Shown: positions 26,823-35,915 of the stretch, one piece after another
Layout: each line of letters begins with the position of its first letter
Numbering within the stretch: position 1 is the first letter of the stretch
Assembly (NCBI GenBank): GCA_018609195.1
Contig: JAHCSE010000001.1
Span: 9,559 to 73,558, forward strand
DNA: 64,000 bases
Reading direction: 5' to 3'
From: Patescibacteria group bacterium
GTDB lineage: Bacteria > Patescibacteriota > Minisyncoccia > Minisyncoccales > RBG-13-36-15
Translations under genes and position numbers: made by a program
The notes under the pieces: model-generated
Database searches by the model: none
What the model saw: only the letters and a program-made list of their open reading frames with translations
What the model was told of the DNA's origin: nothing

Positions 26823-27479
26823 TTATTCAAGCCTATAATCCATAATATCCAAGAACCAATAACCTTCCATTTTAACTGGCCTGCTTTTCAGTATCCTTAT
26901 TTTCTTCTTAAATAGCGGGCCATCTACTACAAGGGTATGGTATTCGCCGTTCTCACCGCAAGGGTCAATATGTTTATATGCTCTCAAGTCTTTAAGAAAT
27001 TCCATATCCAGTCTTCTTCCAATCCACTCTTCACCAAGAAGACTTGCTTGGGTGCTTACTATTATTGCCTCAAATCCCGAATCTATGAATTCTAAAAGAA
27101 TTTCTTCTGGATTGCGACCCCAGAGAGGTTCAACCAACCGAAGACCGAGTTCTCCGCAAATCTTCTCTGCCCACTCTAAACAGTGCTGGAGGTGAATATC
27201 ACCAAAGACCATTCCCGATACTCCTCCTGGAAGCAATCTCCGCACGGCTTCCTTAAATTCTTGTTCGTATCCATCGGGCGTAGTCTCTACTTGCAAAATG
27301 GGAATACCCATTACTTGGGCTTGTGTTTGGATAAGCCCGGCTTCTATGCCGTGGAATCGGACACGCTTGAATTCTCTGGAAATAGTGTTGAAGAGATACG
27401 AAATATCATATCCTTCACGCTTTGCCTTATAGACGGCAAGGCAACTATCTTTGCCGCCGCTCCAAGAGGAAATATACAT
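26823..27479 (-). CDS. Dph6/MJ0570-type PP-loop ATP pyrophosphatase
   Basis: 218 aa with SWSGGKDS PP-loop. Paralog of 34119..34805. Confidence 0.7.
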   Translation of the reverse strand: MYISSWSGGKDSCLAVYKAKREGYDISYLFNTISREFKRVRFHGIEAGLIQTQAQVMGIPILQVETTPDGYEQEFKEAVRRLLPGGVSGMVFGDIHLQHCLEWAEKICGELGLRLVEPLWGRNPEEILLEFIDSGFEAIIVSTQASLLGEEWIGRRLDMEFLKDLRAYKHIDPCGENGEYHTLVVDGPLFKKKIRILKSRPVKMEGYWFLDIMDYRLE

Positions 27480-27728
27480 TTTTCTCTTCCCTCCTTAACT
27501 GCAGATGTATTTTAAGTTAATTTAGATATTTGTAAAGAGTTAGGTTATATAGATTTTCACAAAAACAATCATTCAATAAAGAGTGGCGTTTTATTTTTTT
27601 AGGCTCCCAGACGGCGACTCAAACCCTTAAACCCTCACCTCCAACTCAAATTTAAGCCAATTATTGGACCATTGTCTATGGTCTCTCAGATTACGAACGG
27701 TGGTCTACTAATGGTTATTAAGGATAAA

Positions 27729-27747
27729 AACCGCCTTCTTGGCGATT
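27729..27747 (-). terminator. family terminator, copy c
   Basis: Identical 19-mer. Downstream of 27842..28087. Confidence 0.55.
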
Positions 27748-27841
27748 AAGTTGGCTCCCCAGTCTAAATCTTATTATAATTTTGGAGGATTGGGAATATG
27801 TGCAACATCTAAGAAATCGGGTAAGTGGTCTGACTCCCAAC

Positions 27842-28087
27842 TCATACCTGTAGAAAAACCCCAAAGAACTGAAGGCCAAATCCAATAGTAAAAAGGATAA
27901 AGCCAACTTTTCCCAACTTCCTACCTTTTAGGTGTCTCTTTTGCTTGTAATTACCTTTGTGATCCATATCTACGATAAGATCATCATCGACATTCTCATG
28001 TGCTCGCAAATAAGGATATAGCATCACTAACGATGCCGCTGTATTAAATAAGAGTCCTACCAAAATTAAAATGATAGAAAGGTCCAC
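27842..28087 (-). CDS. small two-TM membrane protein
   Basis: 81 aa; two hydrophobic helices flank a charged loop (ENVDDDLIVDMDHKGNYKQKRHLKGRK). Lies 5 nt after the 28093 gene. Confidence 0.5.
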   Translation of the reverse strand: MDLSIILILVGLLFNTAASLVMLYPYLRAHENVDDDLIVDMDHKGNYKQKRHLKGRKLGKVGFILFTIGFGLQFFGVFLQV

Positions 28088-28092
28088 AAATT

Positions 28093-28917
28093 TTATTCTT
28101 TAACCCGTGGAATTAAATCTTTTAACGACTGCTCATCCATTGGCCCAGCAAACTCAACAAGAATGTTATCTACTTCCTTATAACTCTCCGGGTCTTTTAA
28201 CTCCATGTAAGTCATTTTCAAAGCAATTAAAGTGGTCACCATAGCATTTTTTAGAGCCTCCATATTTCTCAAGGTATAATGTGCACCGCCATACCTATTC
28301 CAATCAAAATCTTCATTGAAAACATCTACACTATCCAAAAGTGCGGCGTAAGAACAATGTGTATACTTAGAAAAACCTCTATATACATCTGTGGCCATGC
28401 TGTAAGGTGACAAACCATGCTCTTCCACAGATTTAATGGATCCCTTCTTAATAAATTCATCTGACAACCGGCGAGCTACTCTATTCGTAATTATTTCACC
28501 CTCAAACCATTTTTTAAGATGCGTCTGTTCTTTGTCTAAATGAAATGTGTGAATTAGATCTAAATTTTCGTTGATTGATCGAGTCAACTCCATTATCTCA
28601 AAGTTATATCCTCTCCTAGCTAAAAGAAAAATTGCCTCCCATGTCTGAAGTACCTTCCCATATATTAAGTAAACAGCGCACAGAGTGGTTTGTTCTGATA
28701 TCTCCGGTATTAGACTTTTTAATTTTCTAACTTTCTCCTCTATCTGAAAGTGAATAGACTCCAATCCTTTTAACTTTTCTTGAATGTCCTGCAAATCTTT
28801 TCCTTGTTGTTGTTGAGGATAAGATGGATTCTGCTCAAAATATTTCCTCCCTCTGTGCGCCCTCATCTTAGCAACACGATCTTGAATAAGCTGCTTTATT
28901 TTTTCATCGAGACTCAT
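28093..28917 (-). CDS. hypothetical protein (274 aa)
   Basis: ORF trimmed to MSLDEKIKQL (ATG ending at 28917), because the track's TTG-start extension runs across the family terminator at 28938. No family recognised. Confidence 0.5.
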   Translation of the reverse strand: MSLDEKIKQLIQDRVAKMRAHRGRKYFEQNPSYPQQQQGKDLQDIQEKLKGLESIHFQIEEKVRKLKSLIPEISEQTTLCAVYLIYGKVLQTWEAIFLLARRGYNFEIMELTRSINENLDLIHTFHLDKEQTHLKKWFEGEIITNRVARRLSDEFIKKGSIKSVEEHGLSPYSMATDVYRGFSKYTHCSYAALLDSVDVFNEDFDWNRYGGAHYTLRNMEALKNAMVTTLIALKMTYMELKDPESYKEVDNILVEFAGPMDEQSLKDLIPRVKE

Positions 28918-28937
28918 ATATATAATTCTAACAAAAA

Positions 28938-28956
28938 AACCGCCTTTTTGGCAATT
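28938..28956 (-). terminator. family terminator, copy d (variant)
   Basis: aaccgcctttttggcaatt. Downstream of the 29072..29224 gene. Confidence 0.5.
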
Positions 28957-29071
28957 TGTGCAGCTGAAAACATCAGACCAAAATTTGATGCCCTTGAGCT
29001 GTTTCAATAAAAATAGAAAACCCAAAACCCTTTTAAGGCCTTGGGCTAAATAGTTTATAGTCTAAGGTTAT

Positions 29072-29224
29072 TTACTTTCCCAAAATTCTATACATTTTGG
29101 TGCCACATTTCGGGCAGGTTCCAGTCAAAGCTCTTCTCGTTGTTCCTCCCTTTCCCTTCATAGATACTTCTTTCTCATCTTGTATTTCTCTTTTGGCTTT
29201 ACATTTTACGCAATAAGCTTCCAT
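29072..29224 (-). CDS. DUF5679-like zinc-ribbon micro-protein (50 aa)
   Basis: Own translation: MEAYCVKCKAKREIQDEKEVSMKGKGGTTRRALTGTCPKCGTKMYRILGK. CxxC...CxxC pattern; below the track cutoff. Confidence 0.65.
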   Translation of the reverse strand: MEAYCVKCKAKREIQDEKEVSMKGKGGTTRRALTGTCPKCGTKMYRILGK

Positions 29225-29391
29225 AATTTTTTTATAGGTTGTAGTTTTAAGTTTTTAGATTTGATCGACCTTTTCCCTTTTTGTTCGTGGATTCCTTTGC
29301 CCCGTATCATCCGCCCAGGGCGGATTGGTGTGGGGTACTTATCCACAGGTTTATTTTAGCTTAATTTAAGCTAAAGATATAGTCAAGCCCC

Positions 29392-30594
29392 TTAAACTAT
29401 CTGAACAGAGGAATTTTTTACTGCCTCTTTAACTAATTTTTCAATATTTAGTTTTTTTTCTGTTTTTAAAATATCCTCTACTCTAGATTTCGTTTCAGGA
29501 TGTTTTGGTAAGAATCGAGAACAGCAATCTTGATGAGGCAAAATGGAAACATCAAAAGTGCCAATTTCTTTGGCTTTTTGTATTATCTCTTCTTTATCTT
29601 GGGAAATTAAAGGCCTGAAAACCGGGAGTTCAATTGTCTCTTCAATTACTTTTATATTCTCCAAAGTCTGGGAAGCAACTTGTCCAATACTTTCTCCGGT
29701 GAAAATTCCCAAAGCCTTTTCTCTTTTTGCTATCTCCTCCGCTATCTTTAACATAAATCTCCGATAGAGAATTACTCTTAATTTTGCTTGAGTTTTCATT
29801 AAAATCTCCTTTTGAATGTCAGCAAAAGGAATTAAATAGAGTTTTGATTTTCCCTGATAATCGCTTAAAATTCTGACTATTTTTATTGCCTTTTCAATAG
29901 AGGCTTTAGAGGCGAAAGGGTAGGCATGGAAATGTAAAAAAATAACTTTTACTCCTCTTTTCATTGCCAAAAAAGAAGCTACTGGTGAATCAATTCCACC
30001 TGAGAGCAGAGAAACTGCCTTTCCACTGGCACTAATTGGTAATCCTCCCTGGCCTCTGATTTTCTCCAAATATAAAAAAGCATAGTTTTCAACGATTTCA
30101 ATAAAGCAAGTTACATCTGGATTTTCCAAATCAACTTTAATTTTCGCTTGCGAGCCTAAGCCTTGGCGAAGGCGGGGTTTTTGAGTCTTTAATTTTTTTA
30201 AAACGTACGCCCCTACCCGCTCGTTGATCTGTGGGGAAGTTAACGAGAATTCTTTTTTTGATCTTTTGGTTGCAATTTTAAAAGTTTTAAATTTTTTATC
30301 CCTTAAAAGCTCAAGGGCCTTCTCTTGTATATTTTTTATTTTTTGAGGACAGCTAACAGCTAAAGCAGAATAGGCGATACCAAAAACCTTCTTGATATTT
30401 TCCTTAATCTCTTTTTCGTTTTCCTTTCCTTTTTTAGTTAATTTCACAATTATTCTCCCAGAAATTCTTTTAACAAATTCAAAAGAAGCGGATCCTAGGC
30501 TCCGCTTAATATTCTCCACTAATTTTTTTTCAAAAAATCTTCTATTCTTTCCTTTCAATCCAATCTCATGATAATGGCAGATAACAAAATCCAT
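29392..30594 (-). CDS. thiI: tRNA 4-thiouridine synthase ThiI
   Basis: SGGIDSPVA PP-loop and THUMP-like N-terminal half. Start set at MDFVICHYHEIGLKGKNR; the track ORF begins at an upstream TTG. Confidence 0.85.
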   Translation of the reverse strand: MDFVICHYHEIGLKGKNRRFFEKKLVENIKRSLGSASFEFVKRISGRIIVKLTKKGKENEKEIKENIKKVFGIAYSALAVSCPQKIKNIQEKALELLRDKKFKTFKIATKRSKKEFSLTSPQINERVGAYVLKKLKTQKPRLRQGLGSQAKIKVDLENPDVTCFIEIVENYAFLYLEKIRGQGGLPISASGKAVSLLSGGIDSPVASFLAMKRGVKVIFLHFHAYPFASKASIEKAIKIVRILSDYQGKSKLYLIPFADIQKEILMKTQAKLRVILYRRFMLKIAEEIAKREKALGIFTGESIGQVASQTLENIKVIEETIELPVFRPLISQDKEEIIQKAKEIGTFDVSILPHQDCCSRFLPKHPETKSRVEDILKTEKKLNIEKLVKEAVKNSSVQIV

Positions 30595-30657
30595 CTTGTT
30601 TAGGATAACAAAAAAAATCTCTTGAGCCAAGAGTTATTTCGTTCTTTTTAATTTAAA

Positions 30658-30679
30658 CTGCCCTTTTATAAAAGGGCAG
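30658..30679 (-). terminator. terminator after cobO
   Basis: CTGCCCTTTTATAAAAGGGCAG palindrome. Confidence 0.55.
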
Positions 30680-30731
30680 TCTTTGTTACATTTATTGGTA
30701 AGCTCTCGATGGTTTTACTTTTTCGTACCAT

Positions 30732-31253
30732 TTAGTATTCAACCCCTATTTTTGCTAAAACCCCTTTTTTAAAAGGGTGTTTTATTTCTTTACATTCAGT
30801 TGCCAAATCAGCAATCTTAATTAACTCTTTGGGGGCACCTCTCCCAGTAAGAATTAAATCTACTTCAGAAGGAGCTTTTTTTAGAATTTCCAAGACTTCT
30901 CTTAATTTAATGAGATTTAAAGAGATGGCAACATTTACTTCATCTAAAATTATCAAGTCAAATTCTCCAGAATGAATCGCATTTTTGGCAATTTTTAAGG
31001 TCTCTCGGGCTGCAAGTTCGTGAACTTCTCGGGGAAGCTTGTCCCCCATTATCCCAACAAAACCTTCTCCGCCTTTTATCAATTGAAATTTTGGTTCTAG
31101 GCTTTGGATGGTCTTTTCCTCGCCAGTTGGCCATTTTTTACTTTTAATGAACTGAATCATCAAAACTCGCTTTCCCTGGCCAACTGCCCGAATTCCCTGG
31201 CCAATGGCAGCTGTCGTTTTCCCTTTTCCATTCCCAGTAAAAACAAAAATCAT
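30732..31253 (-). CDS. cobO: ATP:cob(I)alamin adenosyltransferase (CobA/CobO/BtuR type)
   Basis: 173 aa; P-loop GNGKGKTTAA and ILDE motif. Overlaps nrdJ by 4 nt. Confidence 0.85.
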   Translation of the reverse strand: MIFVFTGNGKGKTTAAIGQGIRAVGQGKRVLMIQFIKSKKWPTGEEKTIQSLEPKFQLIKGGEGFVGIMGDKLPREVHELAARETLKIAKNAIHSGEFDLIILDEVNVAISLNLIKLREVLEILKKAPSEVDLILTGRGAPKELIKIADLATECKEIKHPFKKGVLAKIGVEY

Positions 31254-33553
31254 GTTTGAGGTATTTGAGCAGGTACACTCCCTTCTTCAGAGTCAAACTC
31301 ACACACACCTCCTACACAGGCTAACTCTTTGAAACCTGTGGTTTCATCTTCTTTCTCATAAACGATAATCTGGGCAAAGTCAACTTTTGGTAGTTTCTCT
31401 ACCAGTTCTTGATATTTTTCCTCATCGATTTCCTCGTAGGGAGCAAGTCGATAGACATGTTCTGCGCGTGGAATAAAAGAGAGCCCTCCTAAAATATTCC
31501 AGTTATCATAAAGCCAGTATGTAGCTTGAATCCACTCGTTCTCACCTACAGAAACGGTAACTGAGGGATTATGCTCGGTGAAATTTTCCTTCACCATCTT
31601 CCAGTGTCTAAGTTGATCGAGTGCTGTTAAATCATTTCGGAAAACAGCTCTCTCGGGAGATTTTACTGGAAACTCAAGCACAAAGGTCGTGGCCGAGTCC
31701 TCGAGCTGTCCAACTTCAGGATGATATGGAAATTTTTGTTCTTTCAACATTTGGAAAAGAGGGTCATTTGCCGATATACGAACTCGTCTAATATAAAAGG
31801 GAGAGTGTCGAGGGTGCATACCAGAGGCAGCATCCACAAGTTGAGATAATGTACCTGAAGGTTTGACACAGGTGATGCAGGTTGATTCCGAAATCCCAAA
31901 TTTCTTGGCATATTCACGATTGATTTCGAGCGATCTTTCCCGAAGTTTCCTGAGGGTTTCGGCTGATCTAGCTGCAGGACAATCCCACTGACCGGTTATC
32001 GAAATTCCTAAAAGCCTTTCCTCCTCGCAGTTTTGCTTCCATTCTTTTGAAAGATAAGAAAAATTGGTGAGAGTAGATTGATAGGTACCGAGCAAGGTGG
32101 CGATTTCGATCTTTTTCAGAAGAGATTCTTCAGTATCCTCGGGTCTGGCCACTACCTCGGTTAAATTGCAAAATTGTTTGGATCTTAATATAATTTCTCC
32201 GCATGGATTTGTGCCGGCAGTGGCCCAATATTTTTTAAATGTCTTCCAGCGCCTCTCTGGTAATTGATGTTTTAATCCTCCTCTATTAAAAATGCCTCTC
32301 TCGCCAGTTCCACTTTTAGCGAGCGCTAACCATTCTTCAAGAAACTGGATTGCGCTGGGTTTCTCATTATAAACCGCGGAGTTGTTGGCCATCGATCTCT
32401 GAGGATCAGTAACATAAAACTGGCCAGCTTTAGCTCCCCTCATATCTTCATCGTCGAGATCAGAAAGGGATATTAAAGCAGATCTTCGCACTCCACCCAT
32501 CACTACAATTTCCCCAATTTTGCAGATAATGTCATGAACATCAAGATTGGAGAGGCGTTTTCCTTGACGACTCAAAACTTTAGAGCGAACAAAATCTAAA
32601 AGTGATTTAAGTGCCCCAGGGCCTGAACTTCGACCTCCCATGGTCTTTAACTTTGATCCTGCTGGCCGAATCTTGGAGTAATCAAATATAATATCTTTAC
32701 CATTATACCAGGCTTTAAGTCCGATAGTTAACGCATCTCCCCATCCCTCTTTGCTGTCTAAAATTACATGGGCAGGTAATACTTGACCGGTCTGGCGTTT
32801 CACAATTGGTAGCTGCTGGACCGTTTGACTCTCCACTGAGAAGCCAACTCCTGTACCGCACATTAAAAGATATATAATTTCAGCAAAATCACGAAACTCG
32901 CTTGGTGCAATAAAAGAACAGTTATACACTGAGACATTGGAAGCCCTCGCTGCTTTCCCGGCAGCCCATAAAAGTCTCATCGATGGCATCACTTGATGAT
33001 TTAGGATTGCCTCTTTTATTTCCTGGTATTCGTTATCTCTTAACTTCTTGCCAAGATTCTCTCTCATGAAATCCACATAGCGATTGACCGTCTCAATCCA
33101 GGTTTCTCTCCTTCCCTCCTCTTCAATCCAGCGAGAATAAGTACGATAATAAATAAACTCAGCCAGCTCATTCCTGAAATATTTCCTACTCTTTCGCACA
33201 AGACCCTGCACCCGCTCGGGAATTAACTTCTTTTTTTCCCGAACTTCAGCTCTTGCTTGCCGATAGAGAATGTAAGCTTTTGCTGTCTTTGGAAAATCTC
33301 TCAGAATCAGAGTTTCTTCTACTAAGTCTTGAGTCCCCTCCACTTGAGGAATGTGAGGAGGAGGATAACGCTTCTCGAGTTTTTTCACTACCCTGTCTGA
33401 AATTCGAAGAGGATCTCGCGAAAGATTCCCTTCCCCAGCAGCTTGCATTGCTTTGGAGATTGCATTGGTAATTCGATTTTGGTCAAACGGAACAATATTG
33501 CCTTCTCTTTTTCGAATTTCTTTAATTTTATTTTTCAATTTTGGAAGCTGCAT
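31250..33553 (-). CDS. nrdJ: class II (adenosylcobalamin-dependent) ribonucleotide reductase with N-terminal ATP-cone
   Basis: 767 aa; ATP-cone (VRKREGNIVPFDQNRITNAI), TNPCGEI active-site loop, C-terminal Cys pair. Confidence 0.88.
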   Translation of the reverse strand: MQLPKLKNKIKEIRKREGNIVPFDQNRITNAISKAMQAAGEGNLSRDPLRISDRVVKKLEKRYPPPHIPQVEGTQDLVEETLILRDFPKTAKAYILYRQARAEVREKKKLIPERVQGLVRKSRKYFRNELAEFIYYRTYSRWIEEEGRRETWIETVNRYVDFMRENLGKKLRDNEYQEIKEAILNHQVMPSMRLLWAAGKAARASNVSVYNCSFIAPSEFRDFAEIIYLLMCGTGVGFSVESQTVQQLPIVKRQTGQVLPAHVILDSKEGWGDALTIGLKAWYNGKDIIFDYSKIRPAGSKLKTMGGRSSGPGALKSLLDFVRSKVLSRQGKRLSNLDVHDIICKIGEIVVMGGVRRSALISLSDLDDEDMRGAKAGQFYVTDPQRSMANNSAVYNEKPSAIQFLEEWLALAKSGTGERGIFNRGGLKHQLPERRWKTFKKYWATAGTNPCGEIILRSKQFCNLTEVVARPEDTEESLLKKIEIATLLGTYQSTLTNFSYLSKEWKQNCEEERLLGISITGQWDCPAARSAETLRKLRERSLEINREYAKKFGISESTCITCVKPSGTLSQLVDAASGMHPRHSPFYIRRVRISANDPLFQMLKEQKFPYHPEVGQLEDSATTFVLEFPVKSPERAVFRNDLTALDQLRHWKMVKENFTEHNPSVTVSVGENEWIQATYWLYDNWNILGGLSFIPRAEHVYRLAPYEEIDEEKYQELVEKLPKVDFAQIIVYEKEDETTGFKELACVGGVCEFDSEEGSVPAQIPQT

Positions 33554-34122
33554 TATTTTATTGTACCAAATTTTGTTTTGGGCAACAAAATGGCTCTCTT
33601 TAATAGATAGTATATGAGTCTTTTATTCAAAACGAACTCGTAAACTCCGAAAAACAAGGTGACATAGAAAAGATTTCCTAAAATTGTATTTTTAAAAAAT
33701 AGTAAAGCCATGTAATAAGAAAGAAGCAATCCAGAAAGATCCTCTGGATACCAAGGGGTAAAAGCCCAGACAGCAAAATTAGTGATGAGATAAAACAATA
33801 GCGCTGCAAATAAAGAACTACTCAATATCATTCCCGGGCCTTTGTGTTTCCTCAACCAAAGGCCTATTAGACCGATTATACCAAAGCTCCCATATACTGC
33901 AATCATTAATTTTAAGCTATAAAACCCGATAAAATAATCACTTATCAACATGGCGAGAAGAGGCGCAACCAAGAAATACTTTTTTCTAAGATAAACACCG
34001 CCAAACAAAGAAATAGCTGCAATGGGAGCAAAATTAGGGGGGTGGGGCAAAAGCCTTAGACTCACTCCGATGATAATTAAGACCAATACACCTAAAATTT
34101 CTAAAATTTTTTCTTTTTTCAT
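33553..34122 (-). CDS. ECF-S-component-like membrane protein (DUF6580-type); putative corrinoid transporter by context
   Basis: 189 aa, about 6 TM helices, LLPHPPNFAPI motif. Translationally coupled to nrdJ. The function is an inference. Confidence 0.5.
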   Translation of the reverse strand: MKKEKILEILGVLVLIIIGVSLRLLPHPPNFAPIAAISLFGGVYLRKKYFLVAPLLAMLISDYFIGFYSLKLMIAVYGSFGIIGLIGLWLRKHKGPGMILSSSLFAALLFYLITNFAVWAFTPWYPEDLSGLLLSYYMALLFFKNTILGNLFYVTLFFGVYEFVLNKRLIYYLLKRAILLPKTKFGTIK

Positions 34123-34805
34123 TTATTTTTTAGGGATACTTTTTGTATATTCATATACATTAGCGAATCTTTTGCATGCTTCGAATAAACATTTATATGA
34201 ATGCTTTTCTTAAATGGTGGCCCATCTACAACCATGGTATGATACTCCCCTTGTTCCCCACAAATATCAAGCCCCGTTTCGGCATTTATTGCCCGCAACC
34301 GCTCTAAAGAATCCTTCTTAAGTTCCATTCCAAGCAAATTATCATCCGTAAACCAAGGTTTCTTTATACAAGTAAAAATTAATTTAAATCTGTATGAAAG
34401 AAGTCGATTAAGAAGTTCTAATCTATCACGTCCCCACAGTGGAGTTAGGACACCAATACCTGAATATTTACTGCATTCTCTTACCCAATTAGGGTGGCCA
34501 TCAACTTCTGCAATATCGCCAGTTATTAATGTAGCTATTCCGTGTTTTTCTTTTAAAGAATGAATAGCTTTTTCATAGCTTTCTTTGAATGGCTCATTAA
34601 CCTCCAATGCATAATGTGGAATACCCAAAGCTTCTGCTTGATATTTCATAAAACTAAGAGGATGAGCAAGAAATTCTGGTTCACTGGGAATGAACGTAAC
34701 TAGACTTATAACTCTATATCCCAACAACTTTGCTTCATAAAGAGCCAAAGAAGAATCTTTCCCACCAGTCCACGATACGGCTGCGTTCCTCATCACTTTA
34801 TTCAT
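34119..34805 (-). CDS. Dph6/MJ0570-type PP-loop ATP pyrophosphatase
   Basis: 228 aa with SWTGGKDS PP-loop. Paralog of 26823..27479. Confidence 0.7.
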   Translation of the reverse strand: MNKVMRNAAVSWTGGKDSSLALYEAKLLGYRVISLVTFIPSEPEFLAHPLSFMKYQAEALGIPHYALEVNEPFKESYEKAIHSLKEKHGIATLITGDIAEVDGHPNWVRECSKYSGIGVLTPLWGRDRLELLNRLLSYRFKLIFTCIKKPWFTDDNLLGMELKKDSLERLRAINAETGLDICGEQGEYHTMVVDGPPFKKSIHINVYSKHAKDSLMYMNIQKVSLKNK

Positions 34806-34829
34806 AATTTAATAATTCCCAATTTTATA

Positions 34830-35297
34830 TCATTCAAATTGAGATTGAAAAAATTTCCATTCTACGATATCTCCATCTTCTAACTGAAACTGGCTTGCTC
34901 CAACTTGCGCGTATTCATTGTTGACCCAATACTGCCAGTATTTATTATCTTTACCATTTTCTTTATCACCAATTTGTTTAATAAAGGAGCCAAATTCTGG
35001 GTGCAAATCATAATCTAACGCAAAAGGATTTTCTGTATCACTTGAGCAAATCTCTAATAAATCAAGTACAGTTCTTTTTTCTTTTAGTTTCTGATTATTG
35101 CAAGTGATAATTTTCCCATCTGAAAAATCAAGCATCAAAGAAACACTAATTTCTTCTTTTGGTTGAACAGATTTCTCAAAATCTTGAACTGGAGGAGGCG
35201 CAATCTCTCCTTGAAAAATAAAAGAGCCTGCTGTTAAACCTAAAGCAAAACCAGCTCCGAAAATGATGATAGTTTTCATTCCATTAAACATCTTCAT
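34830..35297 (-). CDS. membrane-anchored DUF4430 (transcobalamin-beta-domain-like) protein, putative B12-binding
   Basis: 155 aa; N-terminal TM helix; YWQYWVNNEYAQVGASQFQLEDGDIVEWKF C-terminus typical of DUF4430. Confidence 0.65.
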   Translation of the reverse strand: MKMFNGMKTIIIFGAGFALGLTAGSFIFQGEIAPPPVQDFEKSVQPKEEISVSLMLDFSDGKIITCNNQKLKEKRTVLDLLEICSSDTENPFALDYDLHPEFGSFIKQIGDKENGKDNKYWQYWVNNEYAQVGASQFQLEDGDIVEWKFFQSQFE

Positions 35298-35308
35298 AGA
35301 AATAAAAA

Positions 35309-35605
35309 TTAAAATCGAGGAATTAAACTCATAATTCCTTTCGAACCAACTAAAACGGCAGCAATCAGGAAAAGGAAGTTAGGAAGAACTACCCAAAAAC
35401 TTAAGAGAAGCAATCCTCCTCCCGTAATATCCATCAGGCCTCCGATATCTAAGGGAAAAAGAAAACCTTTTATCAATAAATAGCCCCCGAAAATAATTAA
35501 AATGAGTAGAGAAACATCCACTTGAAAGGCTCTTGATAATAATAAGCCTGCACTCGCGATGTCCATTAATCCCAAGGAGAACATAAAAGAAATTAAAAAT
35601 CCCAC
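35309..35605 (-). CDS. small polytopic membrane protein (98 aa)
   Basis: First ORF after the cobalamin riboswitch. GTG start (an alternative ATG lies 7 codons in). About 3 TM helices. Confidence 0.5.
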   Translation of the reverse strand: MGFLISFMFSLGLMDIASAGLLLSRAFQVDVSLLILIIFGGYLLIKGFLFPLDIGGLMDITGGGLLLLSFWVVLPNFLFLIAAVLVGSKGIMSLIPRF

Positions 35606-35679
35606 CTCGAGTGGGATGGAAACTCCCCAAGCTTAGTCGCTTGGGTTGGCCTTTCCCTTTGCTCGAAGGTAGAGGTTAA

Positions 35680-35826
35680 AAAAATGTGTCCTCCTCCGTT
35701 AAAACTTTGGAGGACATGGATGGCATTCTGACTTTCACAGTTACGGCATAGTCCCGGATTTCCTGCCCGCATCGCTATACGAAGTATTGCAGGCGGGTCA
35801 CCGGAGTTCCCCATCCGTTTTCAAAG
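35680..35826 (-). promoter_or_regulatory. cobalamin riboswitch with terminator expression platform
   Basis: Sense strand: GGATGGGGAACTCCGGTGA...GGAAATCCGGGACTATGCCGTAACTGTGAAAGTCAGAATGCCATCC (B12-box-like AGTCAGAATGCC; P1 stem GGATGG/CCATCC). This is followed by the hairpin TGTCCTCC...GGAGGACA and T7. Confidence 0.78.
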
Positions 35827-35837
35827 TCCGTTAATAA

Positions 35838-35867
35838 ATAATATCAGCTTGCACGAAGTAGTGTCAA
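35838..35867 (-). promoter_or_regulatory. sigma70-like promoter of the riboswitch operon
   Basis: Minus strand TTGACA-N18-TATTAT just upstream of the aptamer. Confidence 0.6.
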
Positions 35868-35915
35868 GAGAAAATCTGGGGATAACTGATTTAATTTGGA
35901 GAGATTTCTTAAAAT

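Noticed and set aside
27600-27850. tRNA or tmRNA remnant suggested by GGCTCCCAGACGGCGACTCAAACCC and TTGGCTCCCCAGTCTAAATC
   Set aside because: No T-arm or acceptor pairing could be built on either strand. The resemblance to the reverse complement of a tRNA 3' end is superficial.
35379-35814. ORFs 35379..35630 and 35593..35814 as protein genes
   Set aside because: The second covers the cobalamin riboswitch aptamer and terminator. The first is an alternative frame of the 98-aa membrane gene.
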